In this document: positions 8,072 to 16,655 of the stretch, piece after piece
Layout: every line of letters starts with the position of its first letter
Numbering within the stretch: position 1 is the first letter of the stretch
Virus record (IMG/VR): IMGVR_UViG_3300047585_000133
Span: 32,001 to 96,000 of that record
Source of the DNA: a virus
DNA length: 64,000 bases
Direction: 5' to 3' (one strand)
Position numbers and translations under genes: made by a program
The notes under the pieces: generated by a model
What the model was told of the DNA's origin: nothing
The model's input: the letters and a program-made list of their open reading frames with translations, nothing else
The model's database searches: none

Positions 8072-8269
8072 CTAGACGCCCGTGCGGGTGCGCCTGGTGT
8101 TCCAGTTGCCCGCGCCCCAGCCGGACCCGAACCCGGCGGCGGCGAGCGCGAAGAAGGCGAGCCCGATGGCGATGATCCCGACGACGACGGTCAGCGAGAT
8201 GCTGTGGACGCCGACGATCGCGATGATCGCGGCGACGATGAAGGCGAGGACGGCAAGGCCGTAGGTCAT
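8072..8269 (-). CDS. small two-TM membrane protein
   Basis: AAGGAG RBS; two hydrophobic helices, basic tail. Confidence 0.8.
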   Translation of the reverse strand: MTYGLAVLAFIVAAIIAIVGVHSISLTVVVGIIAIGLAFFALAAAGFGSGWGAGNWNTRRTRTGV

Positions 8270-8328
8270 GACATGCTCCTTCTACTGGAGGAGCATGCGC
8301 TCCCCGGTGCTTCCGGGGCGCGCACCAC

Positions 8329-8402
8329 GGGCGTGTAACTCAGATGGTCAGAGTACTTCCCTGATAAGGAAGAAGGCGCTGGTTCAAGTCCAGCCTCGCC
8401 CA
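8329..8402 (+). tRNA. tRNA-Ile(GAT)
   Basis: Loop CTGATAA. Confidence 0.95.
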
Positions 8403-8472
8403 CCGGCACGCAGCGATCATCTGAGCCAGGACGTTCCGGAGACACGGCTGTACCGGGCGCTGCGAGCCTCAC

Positions 8473-8545
8473 GGCGGTGTAGCTCAGTCGGCAGAGCACC
8501 CGACTCATGATCGGGTTGCCGGTGGTTCGATCCCACCTACCGCTA
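8473..8545 (+). tRNA. tRNA-Met(CAT), elongator
   Basis: Loop CTCATGA. Confidence 0.9.
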
Positions 8546-8547
8546 CC

Positions 8548-8623
8548 GGGGGCGTATCCCCTCTGCCTTATAAGCAGTCGAAAGGGTAACCGGTGCAAGC
8601 GGGTTCAAGCCCCGCCGCCCCTA
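8548..8623 (+). tRNA. non-canonical tRNA-Ile(TAT)
   Basis: GGGGGCG/CGCCCCT acceptor, CTGC-CTTATAA-GCAG, normal T arm, no D arm in the usual place. Confidence 0.7.
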
Positions 8624-8624
8624 C

Positions 8625-8695
8625 GCCTCTCTAGCACAATGGAATGCAGCGGGCTTTTACCCCGTGGAGTCAGGGTTCAAGTCCCTGGGGAGGCA
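8625..8695 (+). tRNA. tRNA-Lys(TTT)
   Basis: Loop CTTTTAC. Confidence 0.92.
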
Positions 8696-8699
8696 CTGA

Positions 8700-8773
8700 G
8701 CGCCAGTAGCTCAGCGGAACAGAGCGGCTGGCTTCTATCCAGCTGGTCGGGGGTTCGATTCCCTCCTGGCGTA
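8700..8773 (+). tRNA. tRNA-Arg(TCT)
   Basis: Loop CTTCTAT. Confidence 0.93.
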
Positions 8774-8857
8774 CGTGAACGGCCGCGCTTAAAGACGGCC
8801 CCGTGGACCCGCAGCTAGCGGCGGGGACTCAGAGACTCGTCGGTCAAGCAGTCCTAT

Positions 8858-8929
8858 GGTCCTATCGTCTAGCGGTCAGGACGGCTGCTTCTCAGGCAGC
8901 TGACGCGGGTTCGACTCCCGCTGGGACTA
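8858..8929 (+). tRNA. tRNA-Glu(CTC)
   Basis: Loop TTCTCAG. Confidence 0.95.
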
Positions 8930-9109
8930 CGAACACGGGTAAGCGCGCTTGGCCTTTACCGGACCGATCATCCGGGTAACGGCCTGGAGACCCTGAAGGG
9001 CGAAGCCTCGGCTATGAGGGCTTGTTATGATCCTCCTGTGAAGCAGGGAAATCGCCCTGGGACCGGCGGTACATGGCACGCCCGGGGACCCGCCTGCAAC
9101 GCGCACCAA

Positions 9110-9181
9110 GCCCCCATCGTCTATTGGTTAAGATCGCGGCCTTTCAAGTCGCGGAACGGGGTTCGAATCCCCGTGGGGGAG
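9110..9181 (+). tRNA. tRNA-Glu(TTC)
   Basis: Loop CTTTCAA. Confidence 0.93.
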
Positions 9182-9212
9182 CAAGGCCGGGACTGTTATC
9201 CTGGTCGTGCGA

Positions 9213-9287
9213 CGCGGAGTGGGGAAGTTCGGTGTTCCCGCTGGCCTCATAAGCCAGAGATCGCTGGTTCAAATCCAGCCTCCGCTA
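9213..9287 (+). tRNA. tRNA-fMet(CAT)-like
   Basis: Loop CTCATAA, unpaired C1:U72. Confidence 0.85.
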
Positions 9288-9567
9288 CGAGAGAAGCAGG
9301 TGCTAGCGCTCTTACGTCCGGACGTACTGGGGGCCTGTTCGCTAGCACCGGACCGTGACCGGCTGCCCGGCCGGCTCTCGCAACGGGCAGGCCCATCCGG
9401 ATGGCAGTACGGGTGTCAGCAGACCCCCTCGCGCTGCGGGCCGAAGCGGGGGACCAGAATCTTCTAGTGCGAGGAGAAATCATGCGAGAAAAAGACCCGG
9501 CTCCGTGCGGCGCCTGCGGGCAGGTACACGACGGGCCGTGCCCTGGCCAGGGCGGCTGAACGAACGA

Positions 9568-9641
9568 TCTCCGGTAGCTCAATCGGCAGCAGCAGCGTCC
9601 TGTTAAGGCGATGGTTCCAGGTTCGAGTCCTGGTCGGAGAG
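9568..9641 (+). tRNA. tRNA-Asn(GTT)
   Basis: Loop CTGTTAA. Confidence 0.92.
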
Positions 9642-9718
9642 CTGTGCGGTCCTGCCCGCGCCGACACCACCCGGGATGCACGGGGAGGGAAGCACCCGGC
9701 GGGGTGCAGCAGGATCAT

Positions 9719-9792
9719 GGTTGTGCAGAGCAGACGGAGTGCTCGCCTCCCTGTCAAGGAGGAGATCACGGGTTCGAGTCCCGTCACGACCG
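9719..9792 (+). tRNA. tRNA-Asp(GTC)
   Basis: Loop CTGTCAA. Confidence 0.93.
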
Positions 9793-10006
9793 CTGAGGGG
9801 AAGGTCATTACCGGGCGGCAGGACACCTTCCCCTTCAGTCCAGCCCGGCGCGGCGCCGGAGTTCGCGGTGGGCAACCTGGCTGACGTTCAGGATGGCGCG
9901 CCAGCCGCCGTACCACTTGCCGACGGCAAGTCCGACAAGTAGACCGACGACCAGGCCTGCGAGGAACATACCTTCAACGGTACCTCCGGCCGAAGTGCCT
10001 GACTAC

Positions 10007-10081
10007 GGGTGTTTAGCTCAGCGGGAGAGCGCTGTCTCGACAAGGCAGAGGCCGCAGGTTCGATCCCTGCACCACCCACCA
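10007..10081 (+). tRNA. tRNA-Val(GAC)
   Basis: Loop TCGACAA, encoded CCA. Confidence 0.92.
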
Positions 10082-10209
10082 GCAGCATGGGCTCTACCCG
10101 GTGATCTCCAGGGGCCGGCAGTTTCGTTCTAGACTCCGGGGCGGCTGGCGGAAGGTCCGAAGGCGGTAATCCTGGTTAAGCCGCCCGAATAGCCCATGCT
10201 GCTGTACAT

Positions 10210-10283
10210 GCCCTCATAGCTCAGCGGACAAGAGCGGCGCGCTACGGACGCGCAGGACGGGAGTTCGAGTCTCTCTGGGGGTA
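10210..10283 (+). tRNA. tRNA-Arg(ACG)
   Basis: Loop CTACGGA. Confidence 0.95.
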
Positions 10284-10450
10284 CGCGAAGGTGGTGTAAG
10301 AGGCCGGCTCCGGCCGGGTCCGTGCGCACGGGCCCGGCCGGACAGGGGACCTCAAACGGAAGGAGGCGGAACCATGGATAACCGCGCTCCGGACAGCACT
10401 CCCCGGTTCCACCCGGGGCAGTCCTGGCAGAATCCAGGCCTTCGTGCCAC

Positions 10451-10522
10451 GGGCAATTAGCTCAGCGGGAGAGCGCTTCGTTCACACCGAAGAAGTCGGC
10501 GGTTCGAGTCCGTCATTGCCTA
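10451..10522 (+). tRNA. tRNA-Val(CAC)
   Basis: Loop TTCACAC. Confidence 0.95.
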
Positions 10523-10524
10523 CC

Positions 10525-10600
10525 GGGTCGTGATCCATATGGCTGAGGAAACGGTTTGTGAGACCGTTATTGACGGGTTCGAATCCCGTACGACCCTCCA
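10525..10600 (+). tRNA. tRNA-His(GTG)
   Basis: Loop TTGTGAG, encoded CCA; G-1/C73 not evident. Confidence 0.82.
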
Positions 10601-10601
10601 T

Positions 10602-10686
10602 GGCAGGTTACTCAAGCGGCAACGAGGGCGGCCTGTAAAGCCGCTGGCCCAGTCCTGCGCTGGTTCGAGTCCAGCACCTGTCACCA
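10602..10686 (+). tRNA. tRNA-Tyr(GTA)
   Basis: Loop CTGTAAA, long variable arm, CCA. Confidence 0.95.
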
Positions 10687-10687
10687 T

Positions 10688-10761
10688 GCACCTGTAGCTC
10701 AGCGGACAGAGCGCCGGTTTCCGGAACCGGGTTGCCGGGGGTTCGAGTCCCTCCAGGTGCA
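10688..10761 (+). tRNA. tRNA-Arg(CCG)
   Basis: Loop TTCCGGA. Confidence 0.95.
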
Positions 10762-10915
10762 CGTGCATCCCCAGGGCCGCCGGCTAACCATTGGCCGGTT
10801 ACAACAGCCCCCTGCTCAGTCCTCATGGACATACATGGCCGGATGAAGGGAGTCCTGGTACCAGGCGGCACCTCCAAGTGCCCGGTACCGGCGGATAGGC
10901 CCGGGGATGCACCCT

Positions 10916-10987
10916 GACGGGATGGCCGAGCGGCTCAGGCACGCCCCTGCAAAGGGCGATACACGGGTTCGAATCCCGTTTCCGTCT
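10916..10987 (+). tRNA. tRNA-Cys(GCA)
   Basis: Loop CTGCAAA, U73. Confidence 0.95.
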
Positions 10988-11022
10988 CGGGGACCTGGTC
11001 CGGTGCACCGACGCAGATGCTA

Positions 11023-11095
11023 AGCCCGGTAGCTCAGCGGACAGAGCCGCCGTTTCCTAAACGGAAGACCGAGAGTTCGAATCTCTCCCGGGCCG
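11023..11095 (+). tRNA. tRNA-Arg(CCT)
   Basis: Loop TTCCTAA. Confidence 0.92.
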
Positions 11096-11135
11096 CCTGA
11101 ACGTGTTCCGCTGCTGAGCTGCGCCGGGAAGGGTC

Positions 11136-11468
11136 ATGAGCACGCCGATCCCGCCCGATACCGTCGCCCAGGGGCAGACCGGGCACATCGCCGCCCACAA
11201 CTCGATCTCCGACGTCCTGACCCAGTTCGAGAACCAGCTGTCCGCCATTCCCGGCCTCAGCTACGGGACTGCCACCCTCGTCGCCGGGTCGGTGAACGTC
11301 ACCCTGCCGTCGGTGACCACGGGCGTACCCATCCTCGTTTCACGGATGACCCCGGGCGGGACCGTCGGCCACCTGGCCGTTCCTGTCGTCAATAACGGCA
11401 GCGGCTTCACCATCACCTCCAGCTCGTCCGCCGACACCTCCGTGATCGCCTGGCTCGTCCTCGGCTAG
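11136..11468 (+). CDS. small virion/fibre-like protein
   Basis: C-terminal GFTITSSS..DTSVIAWLV resembles fibre-tip modules. Confidence 0.7.
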   Translation: MSTPIPPDTVAQGQTGHIAAHNSISDVLTQFENQLSAIPGLSYGTATLVAGSVNVTLPSVTTGVPILVSRMTPGGTVGHLAVPVVNNGSGFTITSSSSADTSVIAWLVLG

Positions 11469-11496
11469 CGGCCACGGAAGGACTAGGAGGAAATCA

Positions 11497-12051
11497 ATGT
11501 CCGTCATGGAATCCGACCTGCCCTCGGCAGGCGACGCGCTGTCCGTCATGTGCCAGAACCAGATGTCCGGCCGTACCGTCATCGCGGCCGATGCCAAGCG
11601 GAACTACGAGGTCGTCTGGGAAGGGAAAGGGGACCCGGACGGCAACGACGTCCAGCCGATCCCCGACGCCCTGCTGCGCACCATCCAGTTCCAGCGGGCT
11701 ATCAGCCGGGGGGTAATCCGCGTCGTCGAGGGAGCCGACCACCCGGTGGTGAAGCAGGCCCTGGCCCGGCAGAACGACTCGTTCGCCAGGCGGATGGCCG
11801 CCTCCGACATGGCCGCCCGCGAGGTGATCGACGCCCCTGCCGCGAACGACATCACCGTGGTCAACTGTTTCGGCCCCGGCAGCCGTGAGGGAGCCGTCTG
11901 CGGGGAGCAGGTGCCGGTCCGCTCCGGGGACACCGGCAAGCCGCCGCTGTGCGACCGCCACGCGGGACTGAAGGACCGCTGCGTCAAGCGCGGCGACGGC
12001 CCCTGGGTCCTGGAGGACGACGGCCTCGCATTCGAGGGAGGGCAGTTCTAG
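11497..12051 (+). CDS. hypothetical protein with C-terminal Cys/His cluster
   Basis: AGGAGG RBS, high GC3. Confidence 0.8.
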   Translation: MSVMESDLPSAGDALSVMCQNQMSGRTVIAADAKRNYEVVWEGKGDPDGNDVQPIPDALLRTIQFQRAISRGVIRVVEGADHPVVKQALARQNDSFARRMAASDMAAREVIDAPAANDITVVNCFGPGSREGAVCGEQVPVRSGDTGKPPLCDRHAGLKDRCVKRGDGPWVLEDDGLAFEGGQF

Positions 12052-12088
12052 ATGGACGCGCTCAGCGCTGCGGCAGCAGGGACCTGAA

Positions 12089-12511
12089 ATGACCAGGGGG
12101 CACGTCGACCCGGCGATGATGACCGGGACCTATGACACCTCGGACACCGCCGGGCCGTCGGCTCCGCATACCGAGCTGCGCGGAGTGACCCCGGCCTTCG
12201 ACATGGCCCGTGCGTCCGACCTGGCCTGGGCGCTGCGCGCCATGGACCCGGATGACGAGGACGTCTCCCCGAACGTCGTGCAGACCAGTCCGGGGCTGAC
12301 CGTCAACCGGGGAGACCCGGACGGCGACCGCCAGCGGGTAGCCGACGCTGCGCAGCGCGCCAGGCAGGCCCTGGAAGAGGCGGGCATGGACCTGGACGCG
12401 AAGACCGGGGCGATCCGGACCAGAGACCACTCCGCGCCCTGGGAAAACCACGCCGCCGCGATCGGGCCGATGACCGTTGTTGACGAGAATACTGACCGGA
12501 GTGCCGGATGA
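12089..12511 (+). CDS. hypothetical protein
   Basis: Coupled to the next gene by ATGA overlap. Confidence 0.7.
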   Translation: MTRGHVDPAMMTGTYDTSDTAGPSAPHTELRGVTPAFDMARASDLAWALRAMDPDDEDVSPNVVQTSPGLTVNRGDPDGDRQRVADAAQRARQALEEAGMDLDAKTGAIRTRDHSAPWENHAAAIGPMTVVDENTDRSAG

Positions 12512-14850
12512 CCGTCCCCGCTGACTTCTACGGCGTCCCCCTGATCGGGGTCACCGAGCAGACCGACTCGATCACCCTGACGGCGAGCCCGTCGGCCCTG
12601 TCGAAGAAGGGAATCGTCTCCTACCCGTCGCTGGAGACCGCCGGGGCATCTCCGACCGCCGACGTGATCACTGTCTACGACGTCACCGCGAGCAAGACCC
12701 TGGTACTGAACACCGACTACACGCTGACCGCTTCGGGCAGCTCGCCGGAAACGCAGACGTACTCGGTAACCTGGGTCAGTTCCTCGTCGAACGCCGCCAG
12801 CGGCGACACCTGCCGGGTCACCTACCGCTGGGGTACTGTCCCGGACACGTCCTTCAACGCGGGCGACTTCGAGGGCGAGCCCGGTGCCGCCCCGACGGGC
12901 ACCGCGTTCGAGGCGTCTAACCAGGCGACCACCGGATCCACGGTCGCGGGCATCGGCGACCAGGCAGCGGGCGGCTCCCTGACCGACCCGGCCATGGGTA
13001 CCCAGTCCAGCTCGGAGACAGGTGCTCCCGGCAGCGAGTACAAGGTTACCGGGGTTTCCCCGGGGCCGTTCGGGTGGACCGGGCCCGGCGCCCCCGACTC
13101 CGAGGGCGTCTACGGCGGGGACCTGCCGGAGAACTTCACTCCGTCCACCAACTACGAGTCCGGCACCCTGGACACCACGTACGCGGGCGGCGGCGACCTG
13201 GTGCCGTCGATGTACTCCAGCCCGAACGGCTACCGCGCCCCGTCAGCCGGAGTGGCCGCAGCGAACAAGGACACGACGCTGACGGACATCCTGGGCAACC
13301 AGGTTAACGACACCCCGGTCTTCGCCGACGCCTCGTACGCGGCGGCGGTCATCGACACCAGCTACATCGGCGCCCCGGCTAAGCCCACTCCGCTGCTGAC
13401 GCAGACGGACGCCTTCGCCGCCGCCCAGGCGGGCTCGCCGCAGTACCTGAGCCAGTCCGGGATCGTCCCGTCCACCATCGTGGTGACGGACACCAGCACC
13501 TCGGCGACGCTGGTACTGACCACCGACTACACGGTGACCACCGCCGGAAACGGGCCGACGCTCGCCGCCTATATCACGCCGGCCAGCGGGACGAACTTCA
13601 CCAGCGGGAACAACATCTCGGTGGCCTACTCCTACGGGGACGCCACCTACTGGGACTCCAACCCCCCGGCGAGCGTCCCGGGCGCGCCGACGATGAACTC
13701 CGTCACGGCCGTCAACCGGGGCGCGAAAGTCAGCTGGTCGGCGCCTTCGACGGACGTCTACGTCCAGTACTACCTGCTCCAGGCCAGCGACCTGGGTACG
13801 ATGTACGTGCCCTACACCGGCCAGCCGGTCTCCTACGGGCAGCCGTCTCCCTCGGGCGGCGCGGACGTGGGCCAGCCGACTTTCCAGTCCGACGCGCTGA
13901 CCCTGCTGGCCGCCGCCCTGGCGGTTCCGGCCTCGGCGCCCTCCCTGGCCACCGCGACAACCGGCGGCACCGTCCTGGCCGGGACCTACCACGCCGTCGT
14001 CACGTACGTGAACGCCAACGGCGAGACCACCGGGTCGGCAGCCGGGTCGGTCACCACCACCGGGTCCACTTCGACGATTACGGTCCCGTCCCCGGCGGCC
14101 GAGACCGGGACGACCGGATGGTACGCCTACGTCACCCAGGCCGGCGGCTCGACCTACACCCGGCAGCAGGCCGCCGGATCCCCCACGGCGGTCGGCACCG
14201 CTCTTACCCTGACCGCGCCGCCGACCAGCACCGGGGCGAATCCCCCCACCTTGAACACCACCGTCCCGACTCTGTCCAGGACAGGCATCCTCACCCCGCC
14301 GGGACAGCTCATCGTCCGCGACATCACTTCCTCGGGGCAGTCGATCCTGACGTCGGGGGAGATCGCGGGCGGCGAAGCCGACCCGCTCCAGGCGGACGGC
14401 CAGGTGCTGGAGTACGGCTACGACTACACGGTTACGACGATCGGGACAGGACCCTGGACCCAGTACCAGGTCGCGTTCGTGGCCAGCTCGGTCAACGCCA
14501 GGGCGGGCGATTCCATCACGGTGGACTACTGGTACGGCGCGGACCCGTCGTCGGTGGCTGCGGTCTTCACCCAGGGCCTCCTTCAGAACACCCCGGTCAT
14601 CTACCGGCCGGACGGGACAACTCCCTACAACCAGGGCTACCGCTTCAAGGTGGCCGCCGGGAACCAGGCCGGGCTCGGGCCTTTCAGTGCCTGGTCGTCC
14701 TACGTGGTGCCGCTGAACTACAACGAGGCCCAGCCCGGGTCGGAAGGCTCGATCACCGTGGGCACCGGGTCGCTGGATCCGGCCAACGCGACCAATCCCA
14801 TCTACCGTCCCGACGGCACGGTCAAGTCCGGCACCGGACTCGGAGGCTGA
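12508..14850 (+). CDS. S/T/G-rich virion protein with a split fibronectin type III domain
   Basis: PGAPT..VTA...AKVSWSAP and YRFKVAAGNQAGLGPFS FN3 halves; three L..(T)DYT(V/L)T repeats. Confidence 0.8.
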   Translation: MTVPADFYGVPLIGVTEQTDSITLTASPSALSKKGIVSYPSLETAGASPTADVITVYDVTASKTLVLNTDYTLTASGSSPETQTYSVTWVSSSSNAASGDTCRVTYRWGTVPDTSFNAGDFEGEPGAAPTGTAFEASNQATTGSTVAGIGDQAAGGSLTDPAMGTQSSSETGAPGSEYKVTGVSPGPFGWTGPGAPDSEGVYGGDLPENFTPSTNYESGTLDTTYAGGGDLVPSMYSSPNGYRAPSAGVAAANKDTTLTDILGNQVNDTPVFADASYAAAVIDTSYIGAPAKPTPLLTQTDAFAAAQAGSPQYLSQSGIVPSTIVVTDTSTSATLVLTTDYTVTTAGNGPTLAAYITPASGTNFTSGNNISVAYSYGDATYWDSNPPASVPGAPTMNSVTAVNRGAKVSWSAPSTDVYVQYYLLQASDLGTMYVPYTGQPVSYGQPSPSGGADVGQPTFQSDALTLLAAALAVPASAPSLATATTGGTVLAGTYHAVVTYVNANGETTGSAAGSVTTTGSTSTITVPSPAAETGTTGWYAYVTQAGGSTYTRQQAAGSPTAVGTALTLTAPPTSTGANPPTLNTTVPTLSRTGILTPPGQLIVRDITSSGQSILTSGEIAGGEADPLQADGQVLEYGYDYTVTTIGTGPWTQYQVAFVASSVNARAGDSITVDYWYGADPSSVAAVFTQGLLQNTPVIYRPDGTTPYNQGYRFKVAAGNQAGLGPFSAWSSYVVPLNYNEAQPGSEGSITVGTGSLDPANATNPIYRPDGTVKSGTGLGG

Positions 14851-14851
14851 G

Positions 14852-15511
14852 ATCGCCACCTACTCGACTGTCCTGGGGCTGAAACTCAACGACGAGTCCG
14901 ACCCGTTCCAGCTCAGCGACTTCATCCAGAACTGGGAGACGCTCGACGCCTCCCCGGGGACCTACATCTGCACGTCCACGTCCCGGCCGAGCTGGGGCAC
15001 CGGGCAGGCCGGGCGGCTGATCTTCATGAGCGACCTGAAGCAGCTGTCCTACTGGTCCGGGACGACCTGGAACGACCTGCGGGACGCCGCCCCGGTGTTC
15101 GCCGGCGGCTACTACATCAACGCTGCCTGCAACCCGGGCTCGACCGGGGTCTTCAACGTGCTGACGCTGACCACTCCGCGCCCGTCGGCGCTGAGCATCT
15201 GGATGGGCGCGACCTTCACCTACCCGGCCAACGGCTGGCAGATCGCCGCGCAGGCGATCACCTTCGACGGCACCGCCTCGCTGATGGGAAGCTTCCAGGA
15301 GGAGGTCCGGTTCGCCGGGGACCCGTACTCGACGGGCGGCGAGGGAGCGACCAACGCCACGAGCATGACGCTGATCCCGGACTGCACCGCCGGGCAGCAC
15401 CAGATCGGGGTCCGGGTGCAGGTCAGCAACACCTACTTCACGACCGTGACGCTCGTCGGGGTGAAGATCCTCGCGATGCTCTCGACTTACGCTTCGGGTA
15501 ACAGCCTGTGA
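14852..15511 (+). CDS. minor tail/fibre protein, apparent ATC start
   Basis: GGAGG 5 nt before ATC; (M)ATYSTVLGLKL...LSYWSGTTW in frame with ORF 15026-15511. Confidence 0.75.
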   Translation: MATYSTVLGLKLNDESDPFQLSDFIQNWETLDASPGTYICTSTSRPSWGTGQAGRLIFMSDLKQLSYWSGTTWNDLRDAAPVFAGGYYINAACNPGSTGVFNVLTLTTPRPSALSIWMGATFTYPANGWQIAAQAITFDGTASLMGSFQEEVRFAGDPYSTGGEGATNATSMTLIPDCTAGQHQIGVRVQVSNTYFTTVTLVGVKILAMLSTYASGNSL

Positions 15512-15520
15512 GGTGACCTG

Positions 15521-16420
15521 GTGAGCATCACCGACCCCGGCCTGGTCGACTGGACCGAGCGCACGTACCTGAGCCAGTTCTCCCAGCCGCCGCTTACCTT
15601 CACGGTCTACATCGGCGGGGCACCTGCCGACCCGGACGGCTCCTCGGTAACCGGGCGGCTGCTGATGCAGAACCCGGACGGCACCGAGGCCCTGGTGAAC
15701 ACCTACACGGCGGTCCGGGAGGCGCCCGGCACGTACGTGATCACCCCGTCCAGCTCCGACACGCAGACGCCGGGGTACGCCGAGCTGGACTGGATCTACG
15801 CGATCAGTGCCGTGCCGCAGCAGTACGCCACCTACCTTCAGATCGGCCCGGCCAACCCGTACTACGACGCACTGCCGCCGGAGACGCAGGACTTCCTCAA
15901 CGACCAGGTGTGGGTCCGGTTCGCCGACCTCTTCGACTCAGCCGGGGGCGGCCCCAACCTCCAGGAATATTTTCAGGCGCACTGGTCACGAGGCCGGATG
16001 GCGCAGATGATGAACATCGCGCTGCACAAGATCAACGCGGTCGCCCAGCCGTGGAGCAACTACACCCTCGACGGGGTGGACGGCCCGATGTACGCCTATC
16101 ATTTCTGGGGCGGCCTCCTGGCTTCCTACACCTACGTGGAGTGCTGCAAGCAGCTGATCCGCTCCTACACCGAGCAGCCGCAGTTCTCCGGGCCGCCGGT
16201 CGCCCGGATGGACCGCCGCGACTACACCGACCGCTGGCGGGCCGCCCTCCAGGACGAGCAGGCGGAGCTGAAGTCCCTGCTGGACGTGTTTAAGATTCGT
16301 CACATTTTGAATGGGTCACCTCGGGTGCTAGTTTCGGGAGGCAGCTATGGACGTTACGCCCCGACCAGGATCGCAGGCAGTGTGGCGGCTCGTCCGAGGA
16401 TGTATGCCAGGTGGTATTGA
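15521..16420 (+). CDS. putative head-to-tail adaptor/neck protein
   Basis: Ig-like N-terminus plus RFADLFDS..GGPNLQ, DRRDY.DRW motifs; structural context. Confidence 0.6.
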   Translation: MSITDPGLVDWTERTYLSQFSQPPLTFTVYIGGAPADPDGSSVTGRLLMQNPDGTEALVNTYTAVREAPGTYVITPSSSDTQTPGYAELDWIYAISAVPQQYATYLQIGPANPYYDALPPETQDFLNDQVWVRFADLFDSAGGGPNLQEYFQAHWSRGRMAQMMNIALHKINAVAQPWSNYTLDGVDGPMYAYHFWGGLLASYTYVECCKQLIRSYTEQPQFSGPPVARMDRRDYTDRWRAALQDEQAELKSLLDVFKIRHILNGSPRVLVSGGSYGRYAPTRIAGSVAARPRMYARWY

Positions 16421-16445
16421 TCCAGTCTGCGTCCACGGTCACGGC

Positions 16446-16655
16446 ATGAACGGCTGGCCCGACGGCCAGCCGGTCACCCCCTGGGCCGACCCGTGGCATG
16501 ACATAGCCGGGGACATCAGGAGTCTCTACATCCTGGATTCGTTCACGCTGCCGCTGCCGACGAAGCACAGCCGCGAGCGCGAGCGCTGGCGCGAGTCCGG
16601 CACCCTCACCCGGGAGATGATCGCCCGGCTGCTGGCGGGCGAGTTCAGGGAGTGA
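16446..16655 (+). CDS. hypothetical protein
   Basis: Coupled ORF run. Confidence 0.5.
   Translation: MNGWPDGQPVTPWADPWHDIAGDIRSLYILDSFTLPLPTKHSRERERWRESGTLTREMIARLLAGEFRE

Noticed and set aside
2617-11000. ORF-track proteins overlapping the tRNA array
   Set aside because: Low-complexity translations of structured RNA, except 8072-8269 and 7612-7806.
2900-11100. Theta/HDV-like ribozymes or suppressor tRNAs implying recoding
   Set aside because: I could not fit the HDV double pseudoknot behind any tRNA; there is no CTA/TTA/TCA anticodon; genes use all three stop codons normally.
2650-11100. Full-length tmRNA
   Set aside because: No tRNA-like ends enclosing a tag ORF were found; only the 59-nt element at 7380.
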